A DNA stretch of 64,000 nucleotides from Eledone cirrhosa. Its lineage: Eukaryota. Both the position numbers and the translations under genes were made by a program. Below the pieces are notes generated by a model, which worked only from the letters and a program-made list of their open reading frames with translations, did not search any database and was not told where the DNA came from. Below are positions 1 to 13,454 of the stretch, one piece after another. The stretch covers positions 28,768,001-28,832,000 of the forward strand of contig OZ024760.1 in NCBI GenBank assembly GCA_964016885.1. Reading direction: 5' to 3'. Numbering within the stretch: the stretch's first letter is position 1; each line of letters starts with the position of its first letter.

Positions 1-349
1 AAAGAGGAAAGCTAACCGTAGATAGGAAGGGAACAAGCTACATAGTTATTCTGTCAGCATAAGCTGGGTGAATATATGAGCGCGTAGAAAAAAGACCTTT
101 CGAGATGAATCCAAATGTAAGAAAGAAGGAAATTGTATTAGTCGCGAACAGGGTGAAGTGAGAAGGGGAGAAACAGTGAGTGAGTGAGTATGAGGAAGAG
201 GTCAGTAGAGAGAAAGTGTTAACTGACATGACAGAGGGGGCGAAAGAAAGTAGAGAAACAGAGAGAACGAGGGAGCAGTAAGAGAGAGAGAGAGAAACAG
301 AATCGCAGTTTAGGTAAATATATGTGAAAAAATGGGGAGAAGAATATCT

Positions 350-720
350 GTATATATATATGTGTATATATATATATGTATATATATATATATGTGTATA
401 TATATATGTATATATATATATGTATATGTATATATATGTATATGTATATATATGTATATATATATATATATGTTTATATATGTATATATATATATATATG
501 TTTATATATGTATATATGTATATATATGTATATATGTGTATATATGTGTATATATATATATGTATATATGTGTATATATATGTATGTACATATATATGTA
601 TATATATGTATATATATGTATGTATGTATATATATGTATATATATGTATGTATATATATATATGTATATATATGTATATATATATGTATATATATGTATA
701 TATATGTATGTATATATATG

Positions 721-756
<36 letters not shown>
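350..756. repeat. (TA)n/(TATG)n microsatellite; representative of many similar tracts (e.g. 3555-4224, 4571-5151, 6073-6906, 36071-36532, 37285-37874, 54836-55793, 57098-57401, 57739-58140)
   Basis: Low-complexity TA/TG sequence seen directly; source of the spurious YIYI/MYIY ORFs. Confidence 0.98.
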
Positions 757-757
<1 letters not shown>

Positions 758-2240
758 CATCATCATCATCATCATTTTACGTCCGCTTTTCCCTGCTTGC
801 AAGGGTGGGACGGGTCTTATTCAGCACAGCATCTCTCCACTCGTCACGGTCCCTCGTTATCTCCACCGTGAGCTTCAATGATCTGAGGTCTGTTCTCACC
901 ACCTCCGCCCATGTTTTTCGTGGTCTACCTCTACCACGTCTTCCTTCAACTGGCATTTCCTGGCACTTCTTCACCCATCGGTCATCCTCCATGCTCATCA
1001 CATGACCATACCACCTCAGTCTCCTCTCCCGTACACTACATTCTATCCCTCTCAGACACAGTTTCTCTCTCAACACATTTATGCTGGGTCGTTCACGCAC
1101 ATTTACACTGCACATCCAACGGAACATGCTTGCCTCATTTCTCTCCAGCCGTCGCATATCCTCTGCGGTTGCTGCCCATGTCTCACTACCATGCAGCATC
1201 GCGCTCCTCACACAGGCATCATACAACCGGCCTTTCGTACGCAGGGAGAAATCCTTCTTCATCAACAGAGGAAGCAGATCCCTAAACTTCTTCCAACCCG
1301 TCCTTATTCTAGATACTATGGCCTCGGAACACCCTCCTCCCATGCTAATCTGATCTCCTAGGTACCGGAAGCTATCCACCACCTCTATAGCGCCCTCTCG
1401 CATTTGAAAAATGTGTCTATCAGTGCGACTTCTACTGTCTAATTTCCCTGTACATCTACTGCATACAATTTTCTCCCTACCTGTTAGTTTGCCTGCTATC
1501 CCGCTACATCTCTTGTGTACCCAGGACCTACATTGTGTGCATTTTATAGAATTTATGCCAGTTCCTTTTCTGCATATCGAACATGGCCATTTCCCTGACG
1601 GAATCAGGGTTTTGTCCTCTTTTCTACTCATCAACACTTTTGTCTTAGCTAGATTTACTCTCAGTCCTCTTGCTTCCAACTGCTGTTTCCATAGCCGGAA
1701 TTTATTCTCTAGCTCCTCTACTGATTCTGCCATAAGAGCCAGATCGTCAGCATAGAGAAGTTCCCATGGACAGCCAGTCTTAAACTCCTCTGTTATGGCT
1801 TGGAGGACTATAATGAACAAGAGCGGGCTGAGGACCGAACCCTGATGTACTCCTACTTGTATCTGGAATTCCTCACTAAACGCCATTCCTACCCTGACTT
1901 TACTGAGAGTACCTCTGTACAAAGTTTGCACTGTCCTCACAAGCCATTCCTCAACACCCAGCTTCCTTAGGGACCACCAGATGACAGATCGGGGTACCCT
2001 ATCAAAGGCCTTCTCTAGGTCAACAAAGGCTAAGTATAGTGGCTTATTCTTCTCTAAGAACCTCTCTTGAATTTGTCTCACCAAGAAGAGGGCATCTGTT
2101 GTACTCTTCCCAGGCGCAAAACCAAACTGCATCTCATCTAGTTTGACCCTTTCTCTAATTAGTTGTGCTAAAATCCTTTCTGCCACTTTCATAACCTGAT
2201 CTATCAGTTTTATACCCCTATAATTGCTCCTCTCCAAAGC
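757..2240 (-). mobile_element. 5'-truncated RTE-clade LINE: RT and C-terminus open, (GAT)n tail
   Basis: ORF 777..2300 has [54 protein letters not shown] and GRPRKTW motifs; ends in a (CAT)n tail at 757-774; the ORF N-terminus is microsatellite-derived. Confidence 0.95.
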
Positions 2241-2264
2241 ATATGTATATATATGTATATATAT

Positions 2265-3555
2265 GTAGGAGGTGAGTTTTATTGTAGTACAATAAAGCAA
2301 TGCAGATATCGGATAAGAAGCACTCTACAGTTTGTAGGACTGGAGTATACATAATATAAGATCAAAAGATGGTTAAAGGAGTTCCATGTATTTTATTATG
2401 CGCATTTCAAAAACAAACATCATCATGCAATAATATTTGTGTTTTCATCAGATAAAACAGGAGAACATGATATGAAGGCTAAAAAACACTTTTGGATAGT
2501 GCAGTTTTAAATCAACATATGAAAAGTGGTTTTAGATTGATGTGTGATATTGGGAAAAATATTTTATTTAGAGAGGGGGGGGTGGAAAGGATGAAAAAGG
2601 GGAGGAGATGAGAGGGAGAGATGGGTGATAGAGAGAAAGAGATAGTTTTTATAACTGAGAGGAGATATATTGTTTTACATAGAGAGGTTGAAAACCGTTG
2701 GAAGATAATGTATAAATTAAAAAAATTTGAAAATTAACGAAGGGAGGATATGTGCGAGGAAAAAATATTTTATTTAGGGAGGGGGTGTGGTGTGGAAAGG
2801 ATGAAAAAAGGGGGAGGAGATGAGAGTGAAGGTGGAGAGGGAGAGATGGGTGATAGAGAGAGAGAGATAGTTTTTATAACTGAGAAAAAGATATATTGTT
2901 TTACATAGAGAGGTTGAGAACCGTTGGAAGATAATGTATAAATTAAAGGAATTTGAAAATTAACGAAGGGAATTTATGTATGAAGATAGAGAGAAAAAAT
3001 AATAATTGTGGATGAATATTCTAACGTCAAAAAAAGTGTATGTTGATAAGTATTGTGGCAATTTCAAAATTAACGAAGAGAAAAATTATTAAGGTTTGTG
3101 TGTAGAAGGATTTGAGAAAAATAATGTGAAGTTAAAGTTTGTTATTTGAAGGAATTGATAATATATGCGAATAAAGAGTTAATATGTATTAAGAATGAGT
3201 TCGTTGATGGGGAGAAAAAAAAAAAAAAATAAATTAAGGATGAAATTGAGATTAAAAAGATTTATGATAGAGAGAAAAAATAATAATGATTGCGGATGAA
3301 TATTCTAACGTCAAAAAAACAAATGTATATGTTATGAAGGATTTTACAAGGTGAAGATAGAATGAGGGTAATGAGTAAACAAGTATTATAGAGTGTATAA
3401 TGCCCTTTAAAGTAAGGTAGGAAGATGGGTATATTTTAAAGAGGTGTATGTATATGTGCCTTTGAGAAAAGATTCTAAATTGATAAAGAATTGAATATTA
3501 ACTGTATACTTTGTGAAAAGTCCTATGGAATTTATGCAGGCAGATAGAAAACAAA
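2265..3555 (-). mobile_element. Penelope-like element remnant (pLTR with hammerhead; internal ~240 bp duplication)
   Basis: Contains a type I hammerhead at 2389-2459; the terminal ~69 bp recur at 57566-57634; boundaries approximate. Confidence 0.55.
2389..2459 (-). ncRNA. minimal type I hammerhead ribozyme
   Basis: Minus strand: TGTTTTAT-CTGATGA-long stem II-GAAA-TGCGCA-TA-ATAAAATA; palindromic stem III (ATGCGCAT), AUA cleavage triplet. Confidence 0.8.
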
Positions 3556-3667
3556 TATATGTGTATATATATATGTATATATATATATGTATATATATAT
3601 ATGTGTATATATATGTATATATATATATGTGTATATATATGTATATATATATATGTATATATATATG

Positions 3668-3730
<63 letters not shown>

Positions 3731-3773
3731 GTATATATGTATATATATATATATGTATATATATGTATATATG

Positions 3774-3804
<31 letters not shown>

Positions 3805-3995
3805 GTATATATGTATATATGTATATATGTATATATATGTATATATATATATATGTATATATATATGTATATATATGTATATATATATATATGTATATAT
3901 ATATGTATATATATATATGTATATATGTATATATATATATGTATATATATATATGTATATATATATGTATATATATATATGTATATATATATATG

Positions 3996-4026
<31 letters not shown>

Positions 4027-4224
4027 GTATATATATATGTATATATATATATGTATATATATATATGTATATATATATATGTATACATATATATGTATAC
4101 ATATATATGTATATGTATATATATGTATATATATATATGTATATGTATATATATGTATATATATATATGTATACATATATATGTATACATATATATGTAT
4201 ACATATATATGTATATATATATAT

Positions 4225-4570
4225 CATCATCATCATCATCATCTCATTTTACGTCCACTTTTCCCTGCTTGCAAGGGTGGGACGGGAACTGATTCTGGCT
4301 TGATTTCTACAGCTGGATGCCCTTCCTAACACCAACCTCATTTACAGTGAGTGCTGGGTGCTTTTTTGCCGTGGCACCTCCACGACCACTTTACAGTGGA
4401 ATGATAGGGACCCCAGTCCCTATCATCTCATTTCTACAGCTGAGTAAACTGGAGCAATGTGAAATAAAGTGCCTTGCTCAAGGAAACAACACATCACCCG
4501 GTCTGAGAATTGAACTCACAACCTTTTGATTGCAAGGCCAATGCTCTAACCACTAAGCCATGTGCCTCCA
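4225..4570 (-). mobile_element. tRNA-derived SINE with RTE-derived 3' tail
   Basis: Head GGAGGCACATGGCTTAGTGG (A box) ... GAGTTCAATTC (B box); 3' end CCCGTCCCACCCTTGCAAGCAGGGAAAAG(T/C)GGACGTAAAATG(ATG)n matches the RTE end at 757-815. Confidence 0.9.
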
Positions 4571-4766
4571 TATGTATATATATATATGTATACATATATA
4601 TGTATACATATATATGTATATATATATGTATATATATATATGTATATATATATATGTATATATATATATGTATATATATATATGTATATATATATATGTA
4701 TATATATATATGTATATATATATATGTATACATATATATGTATATATATATGTATATATATATATG

Positions 4767-4813
<47 letters not shown>

Positions 4814-5034
4814 GTATATATATATATGTATACATATATATGTATACATATATATGTATACATATATATGTATATATATATATGTATATATATATATGTA
4901 TATATATATATGTATATATATATATGTATATATATATATGTATATATATATATGTATATATATATATGTATATATATATATGTATACATATATATGTATA
5001 CATATATATGTATATATATGTATATATATATATG

Positions 5035-5148
<114 letters not shown>

Positions 5149-5151
5149 TAT

Positions 5152-5575
5152 GTCGTTTCTGAATTTGTTTAGCAAGATTCTTTATCTGAAATCGTGTGTT
5201 GAAACCGATATTGTTATACTTTGGGAGGGTCATGTTGCCAATAAGAAACACACGCACCAGTTGCTTTCACTTCAATTTAATTTAATATATATTTATAAAT
5301 TTACAAATTTATAAATTTCTGGTTGGTTGGTTGGTTCCACAACCAGATAGTTGTTTATATATATATAGTCATAGTTCTTTCGTCACACACTCTGTGACCT
5401 CTTCAGTGACTGGGGATTTCTTTCTTCGTTTCTGTGCCTTTCCTTTCTTCTATCCTACGCCATGTTGTTTGTGTGTGGGTTGCGTGCTCAGTTTGCGCAT
5501 GCGCCACATCCGGGTGTCTGTGTGTGTTTGTGTTCATTTTTCTATTTTTCTATTTATATTTGTTTGTTTATTTAT
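5152..5575 (-). mobile_element. Penelope-like pLTR fragment carrying a hammerhead; related copy at ~53110-53640
   Basis: Sequence similarity between 5155-5260 and 53112-53230; hammerhead at 5367-5411. Confidence 0.55.
5367..5411 (-). ncRNA. minimal type I hammerhead ribozyme
   Basis: Minus strand: AGTCA-CTGAAGA-G-GTCACA(GAGTG)TGTGAC-GAAA-GAAC-TA-TGACT; perfect 5 bp stem I and 6 bp stem II. Confidence 0.75.
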
Positions 5576-6159
5576 ATATGTATATATATATATGTATATA
5601 TATATATGTATACATATATATGTATATATATATATGTATATATATATATGTATACATATATATGTATACATATATATGTATATATATATGTATATATATA
5701 TCATCATCATCATCATCATCACCGTTTTACGTCCGTTCTTCCACGCTAGCATGGGTTAGACGGGTTGTCCTGTTGTGGGCAGTGTCTGGTCGGCTGACCA
5801 TGCCTTGCTCATACAGGAACTGATCTGGCTTGATTTCTACAGCTGGATGCCCTTCCTAACACCAACCTCATTTACAGTGAGTGCTGGGTGCTTTTTCGTG
5901 GCGCCTACACGTCCACGTTACAGTGTGGGCTGGGTGCTTTTTTGCCGTGGCACCTCCACGACCACCTTGCGGTGGGGGGGGGGGGCATTTTGTTTATATG
6001 CTTCAGCATGTACCCATGGGAGGTCGGGTACCCTGTATTACTGCGTGACGCCAGAAGTCACGGTCGTGTGTCATGTATATATATATATGTATATATATAT
6101 ATGTATATATATATATGTATATATATATATGTATATATATATATGTATATATATATATG

Positions 6160-6190
<31 letters not shown>

Positions 6191-6264
6191 GTATACATAT
6201 ATATGTATACATATATATGTATATATATGTATATATATATATGTATATATATATGTATATGTAT

Positions 6265-6390
<126 letters not shown>

Positions 6391-6391
6391 G

Positions 6392-6464
<73 letters not shown>

Positions 6465-6465
6465 G

Positions 6466-6554
<89 letters not shown>

Positions 6555-6841
6555 GTACATATATATGTATATATATGTATATATATATATGTACATATAT
6601 ATGTATATATATGTATATATATATATGTATATATATATATGTACATATATATGTATATATATATGTATATATATGTATATGTATATATATATGTATGTAT
6701 ATATATATGTATATATATATGTATATATATGTATATGTATATATATATGTATGTATATATATATGTATGTATATATATATGTATGTATATATATATGTAT
6801 ATATATATATGTACATATATATGTATATATATATGTATATG

Positions 6842-6881
<40 letters not shown>

Positions 6882-7343
6882 TATGTATATATATATATGT
6901 ATATATACTAAGAATAATGAGTTCTAAACTCAAACAGTCCTTTAAGATAATAAATCAATAAAAACAAATCATATTGGCAGTGGCTGTAGTGCTTGGAGAA
7001 ATTTAAATTTCAAAATTAAACCTGTTCCGTAGACAGGTTTAAACGTTAAAATCCAAATATGTTTCGAATAATGAAAAAGTGAAAGAATAACGCATTTTGA
7101 TCTCCTCAGCAAGCACTATAAAAGTTGGTATGTTTCACTTCAAAATATTTAGAAAGACTGATTAACGCACATGGTATTTCACGCGGTTATCCAGTGTCTA
7201 GCTGTCACATACTCGTGCTGCTAGAAATAACAGCTGTTTGTATGGGGCTAAATTCAGCTCAACAAAGGAGCAGTGATACTATCAATAATAATATATATGA
7301 TAAAACACAAATACCAACATATGTATATATATGTATATATAAG

Positions 7344-7375
<32 letters not shown>

Positions 7376-7926
7376 TACATGTATATATATATATATGTAT
7401 ATATATGTATATATATCATGGCTACCCCCTCATTATCGAGTATGGCCATTGCACGATATACCATTATTAATAATTATTAATTAATTCTATCGTGTAATGC
7501 CTGTGTCCAAAGATTTTTTAAAAGTGAACATGCGTATATACATATATATATACATAAATATACATATATATATATACAAATTTGTCGCTACTAATTTTTT
7601 TTATATCTGGTACATACACAGACAAACTACACCCAAATATACACACACACACACACACACATATATATGGAGGCACATGACACCTCCTGGGCCAGTTCTT
7701 TATTATACCGATCTTGGGAAGAATTAAAAGATAAAGTTAACCACAAGACTTTTGGTCTCATATACTAATAACTCTACTAATAAACAACTTTGAGATGGTA
7801 CCTGTTCGAATTAGTAATTGAAAAATAAAAATGTCCAAAAGTAGTCACAGTGATGTTGATGATAAACTGAGGGAAGAGCGAGGGGTCAGTGTGAAAATTG
7901 ACTTAACCCTTTAACATTTACATTAC

Positions 7927-8234
7927 TGGAGGCACATGGCTTAGTGGTTAGAGCATTGGCCTTGCAATCGAAAGGTTGTGAGTTCAATTCTCAGACCGGG
8001 TGATGTGTTGTTTCCTTGAGCAAGACACTTTATTTCACGTTGCTCCAGTTTACTCAGCTGTAGAAATGAGATGATAGGGACTGGGGTCCCTATCATTCCA
8101 CTGCAAAGTGGTCGTGGAGGTGCCATGACAAAAAAAGTACCCAGCACTCACTGTAAATGAGGTTGGTGTTAGGAAGGGCATCCAGCTGTAGAAATCAAGC
8201 AGGGGAAAGTGGACGTAAAATGATGATGATGATG
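7927..8234 (+). mobile_element. tRNA-derived SINE (same family as 4225-4570)
   Basis: Same head, body and (GAT)n tail, with a short deletion near the 3' end. Confidence 0.9.
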
Positions 8235-8325
8235 ACACAATATTAATACAACCAGACACACTTAGACACCTTCACAAACATTATATAGACCATTTCACCA
8301 ATATATACACAATGTATAGACCATT

Positions 8326-8518
8326 GATGGTAGTAGTAGTGGTGGTAGTAGTAGTAGTGATGGTAGCAGTGGTGGTAGTAGTAGTAGTAGTGGTGGTGGT
8401 GGTAGTAGTAGTAGTGACGGTAGTGGTAGTAGTAGTAGTAGTTGTGGCAGTAGTAGTAGTAGTAGTGATGGTAGCAGTGGTGGTAGTAGTAGTAGTTATA
8501 GCAGTAGTAGTAGTAATG

Positions 8519-8550
<32 letters not shown>

Positions 8551-8722
8551 GATGGTAGCAGTGGAGGTAGTAGTAGTAGTTATAGCAGTGGCAGTAGTAG
8601 TAGTAGTAGTGATAGCAGCAGTTGTAGTAATGGTAGTGGTGGTAGTAGTAGTAGTAGTAGTAGTGATGGTAGCAGCAGTGGTGGTAGTAGTAGTAGTTAT
8701 AGCAGTGGCAGTAGTAGTAGTA
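8326..8722. repeat. (GTA/GTG)n trinucleotide repeat (similar tracts at 15760-15908, 24965-25524, 31254-31590, 38672-39040)
   Basis: Seen directly. Confidence 0.95.
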
Positions 8723-9139
8723 ACAACCACCACCCATTAACAAACCAAACACTGACACAAATGAAATCTCGATATTGTTGCCAAATTCAGAGAGATATTA
8801 TTACACTGATCAGAATGTAATAATACTGATCAATAGTTATTGAATTATAATCTGAAATTTAATTATTAACTCTATTAATATTGTTCTTCTGCTCCATTAA
8901 CTTCTAAATTCAGAATTTAGCAACAAAAAAAATTATTTTCAAAATTTATTTTCAAAATTTTTGTTAGATTTTTATATTTATTTATTTATAAGTTTTATTT
9001 TTGGTTTGTTTAACACAGATCATTAAATATGTGACCCTTCTCCATACCCATTGTATAGGTGATTAATTTGAACACACAAAAAAAATGGTTAATACTTCAG
9101 GATGGAATATTAATGGTTGTTAATTCTTAATGTCCTGTA

Positions 9140-9720
9140 TCACAATAAACCACGTTAACGAGATATTCTTGAAAACAGCACTATGAATGCATTATGTTAA
9201 AAGTTTAAATCTTCTCTACAAATTTTCACAACAATCTGTCCATTACTAAAAATACTATAAACATTTGGATCAATAAACCACAGGAATCACATTAGCAAAA
9301 TATTCTTTGAACAGTATAAGACAGCATGATGACTGCATCACATTATAAATTGAAGTATTTCTAATACTGTAAATTTTTACAACAATCTGTCCATTAGAAA
9401 AGAAACTATAAACATTTGAATTAACAGCCCACAAGAAACCACATTAGCTAGATGTCTTTGAAAAGTAAAAAATAGAATTATGACTGGATCACATTAAAAA
9501 TTAAAGTCTTTTGTTTAATTCTGCAAATGTTTACAATATGTCCCCTAGTAAAGATACTATAAACATTTGAATTAATACACCACATTATATCACATTCGCA
9601 AAACATTCTTGAAAACTACCACACAGCACTATGATTGCATCACATTAAAAGTTAAATTTTTACTCTAAAACTGCAAAATTTCACAACAATCTGTCCATTA
9701 GTAAACAAACATCTGAATTA
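9140..9720. repeat. diverged ~150 bp tandem repeat, about 4 copies
   Basis: CAACAATCTGTCCATTA...CTATAAACATTTG motif recurs near 9230, 9380, 9534 and 9683. Confidence 0.75.
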
Positions 9721-10214
9721 ACAAAGCAAACATGTTCTCTTCAGATATTTTCTACTAAATCATTATAGGACATTAAGAGTTAATTAATATAAATACAGAC
9801 AGATTTCTTAATAGATTACTTTTTTTGTTTATCACTAACGAATGAAATGTTTAATTGGGTAAAATACTTGACTTAGTATATAATAGTTATATATAATAGC
9901 AGGTGTATGTGAATGTTTTATTTCATTAATCTGATGTTTCATTTGACAGCATATAGAGTGAGTAGGAAAGAGACATTTAAAACATGGGGTGAAGGAGGAG
10001 TATATATACTGAACAGAGTGGCAGGTAAACAGTGGGAGAGATAATGAGGTAAACAAACACCACAATGAGACACACACACACACACACGTAATTATTGTCT
10101 TCTGAGACAACATTTGTATGAATTTAAAATTAAGCAGAATGTTTGCAGCGTTTGTTCTGGCTCTGTGCATTGTGAGTTCCATTCCCTCCTACCTCAGCCA
10201 GGTGTTGCAATTAA

Positions 10215-10890
10215 CAGATATTATCAGTAATGGAAAGACCAATGGAAACATTGTTTCCTTGGTCAGATCTGACAATCTACAGATAGTATCAGTAATGGAA
10301 AGACCAATGGAAACATTGTTTCCTTGGTCAGATCTGACAATCTACAGATAGTATCAGTAATGGAAAGACCAATGGAAACATTGTTTCCTTGGTCAGATCT
10401 GACAATCTACAGATAGTATCAGTAATGGAAAGACCAATGGAAACATTGTTTCTTTGGTCAGATCTGACAATCTACAGATAGTATCAGTAATGGAAAGACC
10501 AATGGAAACATTGTTTCCTTGGTCAGATCTGACAATCTACAGATAGTATCAGTAATGGAAAGACCAATGGAAACATTGTTTCTTTGGTCAGATCTGACAA
10601 TCTACAGATAGTATCAGTAATGGAAAGACCAATGGAAACATTGTTTCCTTGGTCTGATCTGACAATCTACAGATAGTATCAGTAATGGAAAGACCAATGG
10701 AAACATTGTTTCCTTGGTCAGATCTGACAATCTACAGATAGTATCAGTAATGGAAAGACCAATGGAAACATTGTTTCCTTGGTCAGATCTGACAATCTAC
10801 AGATAGTATCAGTAATGGAAAGTCCAATGGAAACATTGTTTCCTTGGTCAGATCTGACAATCTACAGATAGTATCAGTAATGGAAACAGT
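10215..10890. repeat. 65 bp minisatellite, about 10 near-identical copies
   Basis: CAGTAATGG recurs at 10225, 10290, 10355 ... 10875. Confidence 0.97.
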
Positions 10891-11327
10891 ATTTCCTTGG
10901 TTTGATCAAATGATCAACCCCTTTCTTTTTTTGGAGTGTGGTGTGGTAGGAGTTTTATAGCAATATATTTATTTTTTCCTATTATCTGGTAATATCTCCT
11001 TTCAGTCAGCTGTGTCAATCCATTTGAAAGTTTAGTGTATGTTGGCCATGATCACAACAAAATACTGGATAGACACACAGTAGTGATCTTTTTCATCTAG
11101 TTGTCCACTTTTATATTGATCTGTTCATCCAACCATGAATATCTGATCTTAAATCAATTTTCTCTTTGAACTTGATATTAAGAGAGATGTTTGCCTTAGT
11201 GATGATTCATAGATCATATATTTTCCAATGGAAAATTATAGTAGTAGATATAATATACATTGGATAATATAGTCCTAGATACACTACTACCAGATCTAAC
11301 ACCTGGGTATTTAACACCCTAGGATAG

Positions 11328-11456
11328 TGGAGGTGTATGGCATGGTGGTAAAGGTGTTTGACTTATGATCATGTCAGTGGGTTCACTTCCTGTGTTGTGT
11401 TCTTGGGCAAGACACTTCATGTCATATTGCTCCAGTATAATCAGCTGAAATAAGTA
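11328..11456 (+). mobile_element. old tRNA-SINE head fragment
   Basis: Diverged match to the SINE head and the CTTGGGCAAGACACTT...TGCTCCAG body. Confidence 0.6.
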
Positions 11457-11919
11457 TTTTGTTTCATTTTATTGTCACACATTTTGATTTAGTGTCCATT
11501 ATTTCCCATTTTCATATGTTTTTCATATAAACCCACATAATATTGACCTGATGTCCCCTTTGATCTTTATGTAAACCCTTGTAATAAATAAAGTGATTAT
11601 TAACTTGGAAGAGGTCGGGGATGGGGGTAGGCAATATCGGGGGGCGGGGGAGGTGTAATATTGTTGATTTCTACAATGGCATTGATGAAATGACAGTTCA
11701 CAGACTCCTCCTCCTCTTTCTCTTCTTCCTTTTATTTTACTTCCTCTTCCCCCTTTTCCTCCTCTCCCTGCTCTTTCTCTTATTTTTCCTCCTCCTCCTT
11801 TTCTCCCCCTCCACACAAATATATACAGAGAAGGGGAGGAAGAGACACTGAGAAAAAGAGAGACAGATAGAATGAGAGAGAGGGTGGAAGTAGATTTTTG
11901 GGTGCTTCATTCTTTAATT

Positions 11920-12605
11920 AGTGTGTGTATGTGTGTGGTGTATAGTGTGTGTGTGTGTGTATGTGGTGTATAGTGTGTGTGGTGTATAGTGTATGTATGT
12001 GTGGTGTATAGTGTGTGTATGTGTGTGATGTATAGTGTGTCTGTGTGTATGTGGTGTATAGTGTATGTATGTGTGGTGTAGTGTGTGTATGTGTCTATGT
12101 GTGTGCTGTATAGTGTGCGTATGTGGTGTATAGTGTGTGTATGTGGTGTATAGTGTGTGTATGTATGCGGTGTATAGTGTATGTATGTGTGTGGTGTATA
12201 GTGTGTGTATGTGTGTGGTGTATAGTGTGTGTATGTGGTGTATAGTGTGTGTATGTGGAGTGGTGTATAGTGTGTGTATGTGGTGTATAGTGTGTGTATG
12301 TGTGTGGTGTATAGTGTGTGTGTGTGTGTGGTGTATAGTGTATGTATGTGTATAGTGTATGTATGTGTGTGGTGTGTATGTGTGTGGTGTATAATGTGTG
12401 TATGTGGTGTATAGTGTCTGTGTGTGTATGTGGTTTATAGTGTGTGTGTGTGTGTGTGGTGTATGTGGTGTATAGTGTGTGTATGTGTGTATGTATGTGG
12501 TGTATAGTGTGTGTGTGGTATATAGTGTGTGTATGTGTGTGGTGTATAGTGTGTGTGTGGTATATAGTGTGTGTATGTGTGTGGTGTATAGTGTGTGTAT
12601 GCGTG
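11920..12605. repeat. GT-rich ~20 bp degenerate minisatellite
   Basis: GTGTGTATGTGTGTGGTGTATA-like units. Confidence 0.9.
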
Positions 12606-12924
12606 TGGCGGGGATTGAAAAACAAATTCGTTATAACGGAATTTTAGCTGTAGTAAGAAATATAATTCAGTTTTGTGTTGAAGCAATTGGAGATATTATT
12701 GATGTGAGGGATAAGGCTTAAAATAGAAACTCCCCTGGGGGCGGGGTAAAGAACCCCCCACCCTCCTCTGCTACCTCCTCTACCCATCACCTCAATATTC
12801 TCATCCCTCTTACTGTAGTTTTTTGTTTTCATGTTTTTCCTTTTCAAATATCTCTCTTTACTTGTTTGATTTTGGTAGTATATATATATATACATGTATA
12901 TCTATGTGTGTGTGTGTATATGTA

Positions 12925-13440
12925 TATCATCATCATCGTTTAACGTCTATCTTACACGCTAGCATGGGTTAGACAGGAATTGTCCCACTTGAGGCAAGAT
13001 TGATAAGGTGACCGTATCTCACTCGTATAGGACTGTCTGGCAGGTTTTCTACGGCTGGATGCCCTTCCTAACACCAACCACATTTACAGTGTGGAATGGG
13101 GGCTTTTTGTCGTGTTACCTACACAACCACATTACAGCGTGGACTGTGTGTTTTTTTTGTTGTGACACCTACACGGCCACATTACAGCGTGGACTGTGTG
13201 GTTTTTTTGTTGTGACACCTACACGGCCACATTACAGCGTGGACTGTGTGTGTTTTTTTTGTCGTGACACCTACACGGCCACATTACAGCGTGGACTGTG
13301 TGTTTTTTTGTTGTGACACCTACACGGCCACATTACAGCGTGGACTGTGTGTTTTTTTTTGTTGTGACACCTACACGGCCACATTACAGCGTGGACTGTG
13401 TGTTTTTTTTGTTGTGACACCTACACGGCCACATTACAGA
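12925..13440 (-). mobile_element. SINE/RTE-tail family fragment with an internal ~51 bp tandem expansion
   Basis: (CAT)n-CGTTTAACGTC...CACGCTAGCATGGGTT tail, GGCTGGATGCCCTTCCTAACACCAACC body, then about 6 copies of GTGACACCTACACGGCCACATTACAGCGTGGACTGTGTG; related copy at 36533-36910. Confidence 0.75.
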
Positions 13441-13454
13441 GTGTTTCCCATGAG

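Noticed and set aside
1-345. Penelope N-terminal coding fragment ([12 protein letters not shown] on minus)
   Set aside because: Resemblance is too weak and it is cut by the window edge
7927-8000. tRNA gene
   Set aside because: A and B boxes are present, but it continues into a SINE body and recurs five times; no complete acceptor stem
10215-10890. CRISPR-like palindromic repeat array (also considered for the 73, 74 and 94 bp arrays)
   Set aside because: Units are contiguous with no unique spacers, there are no cas genes, and the context is eukaryotic
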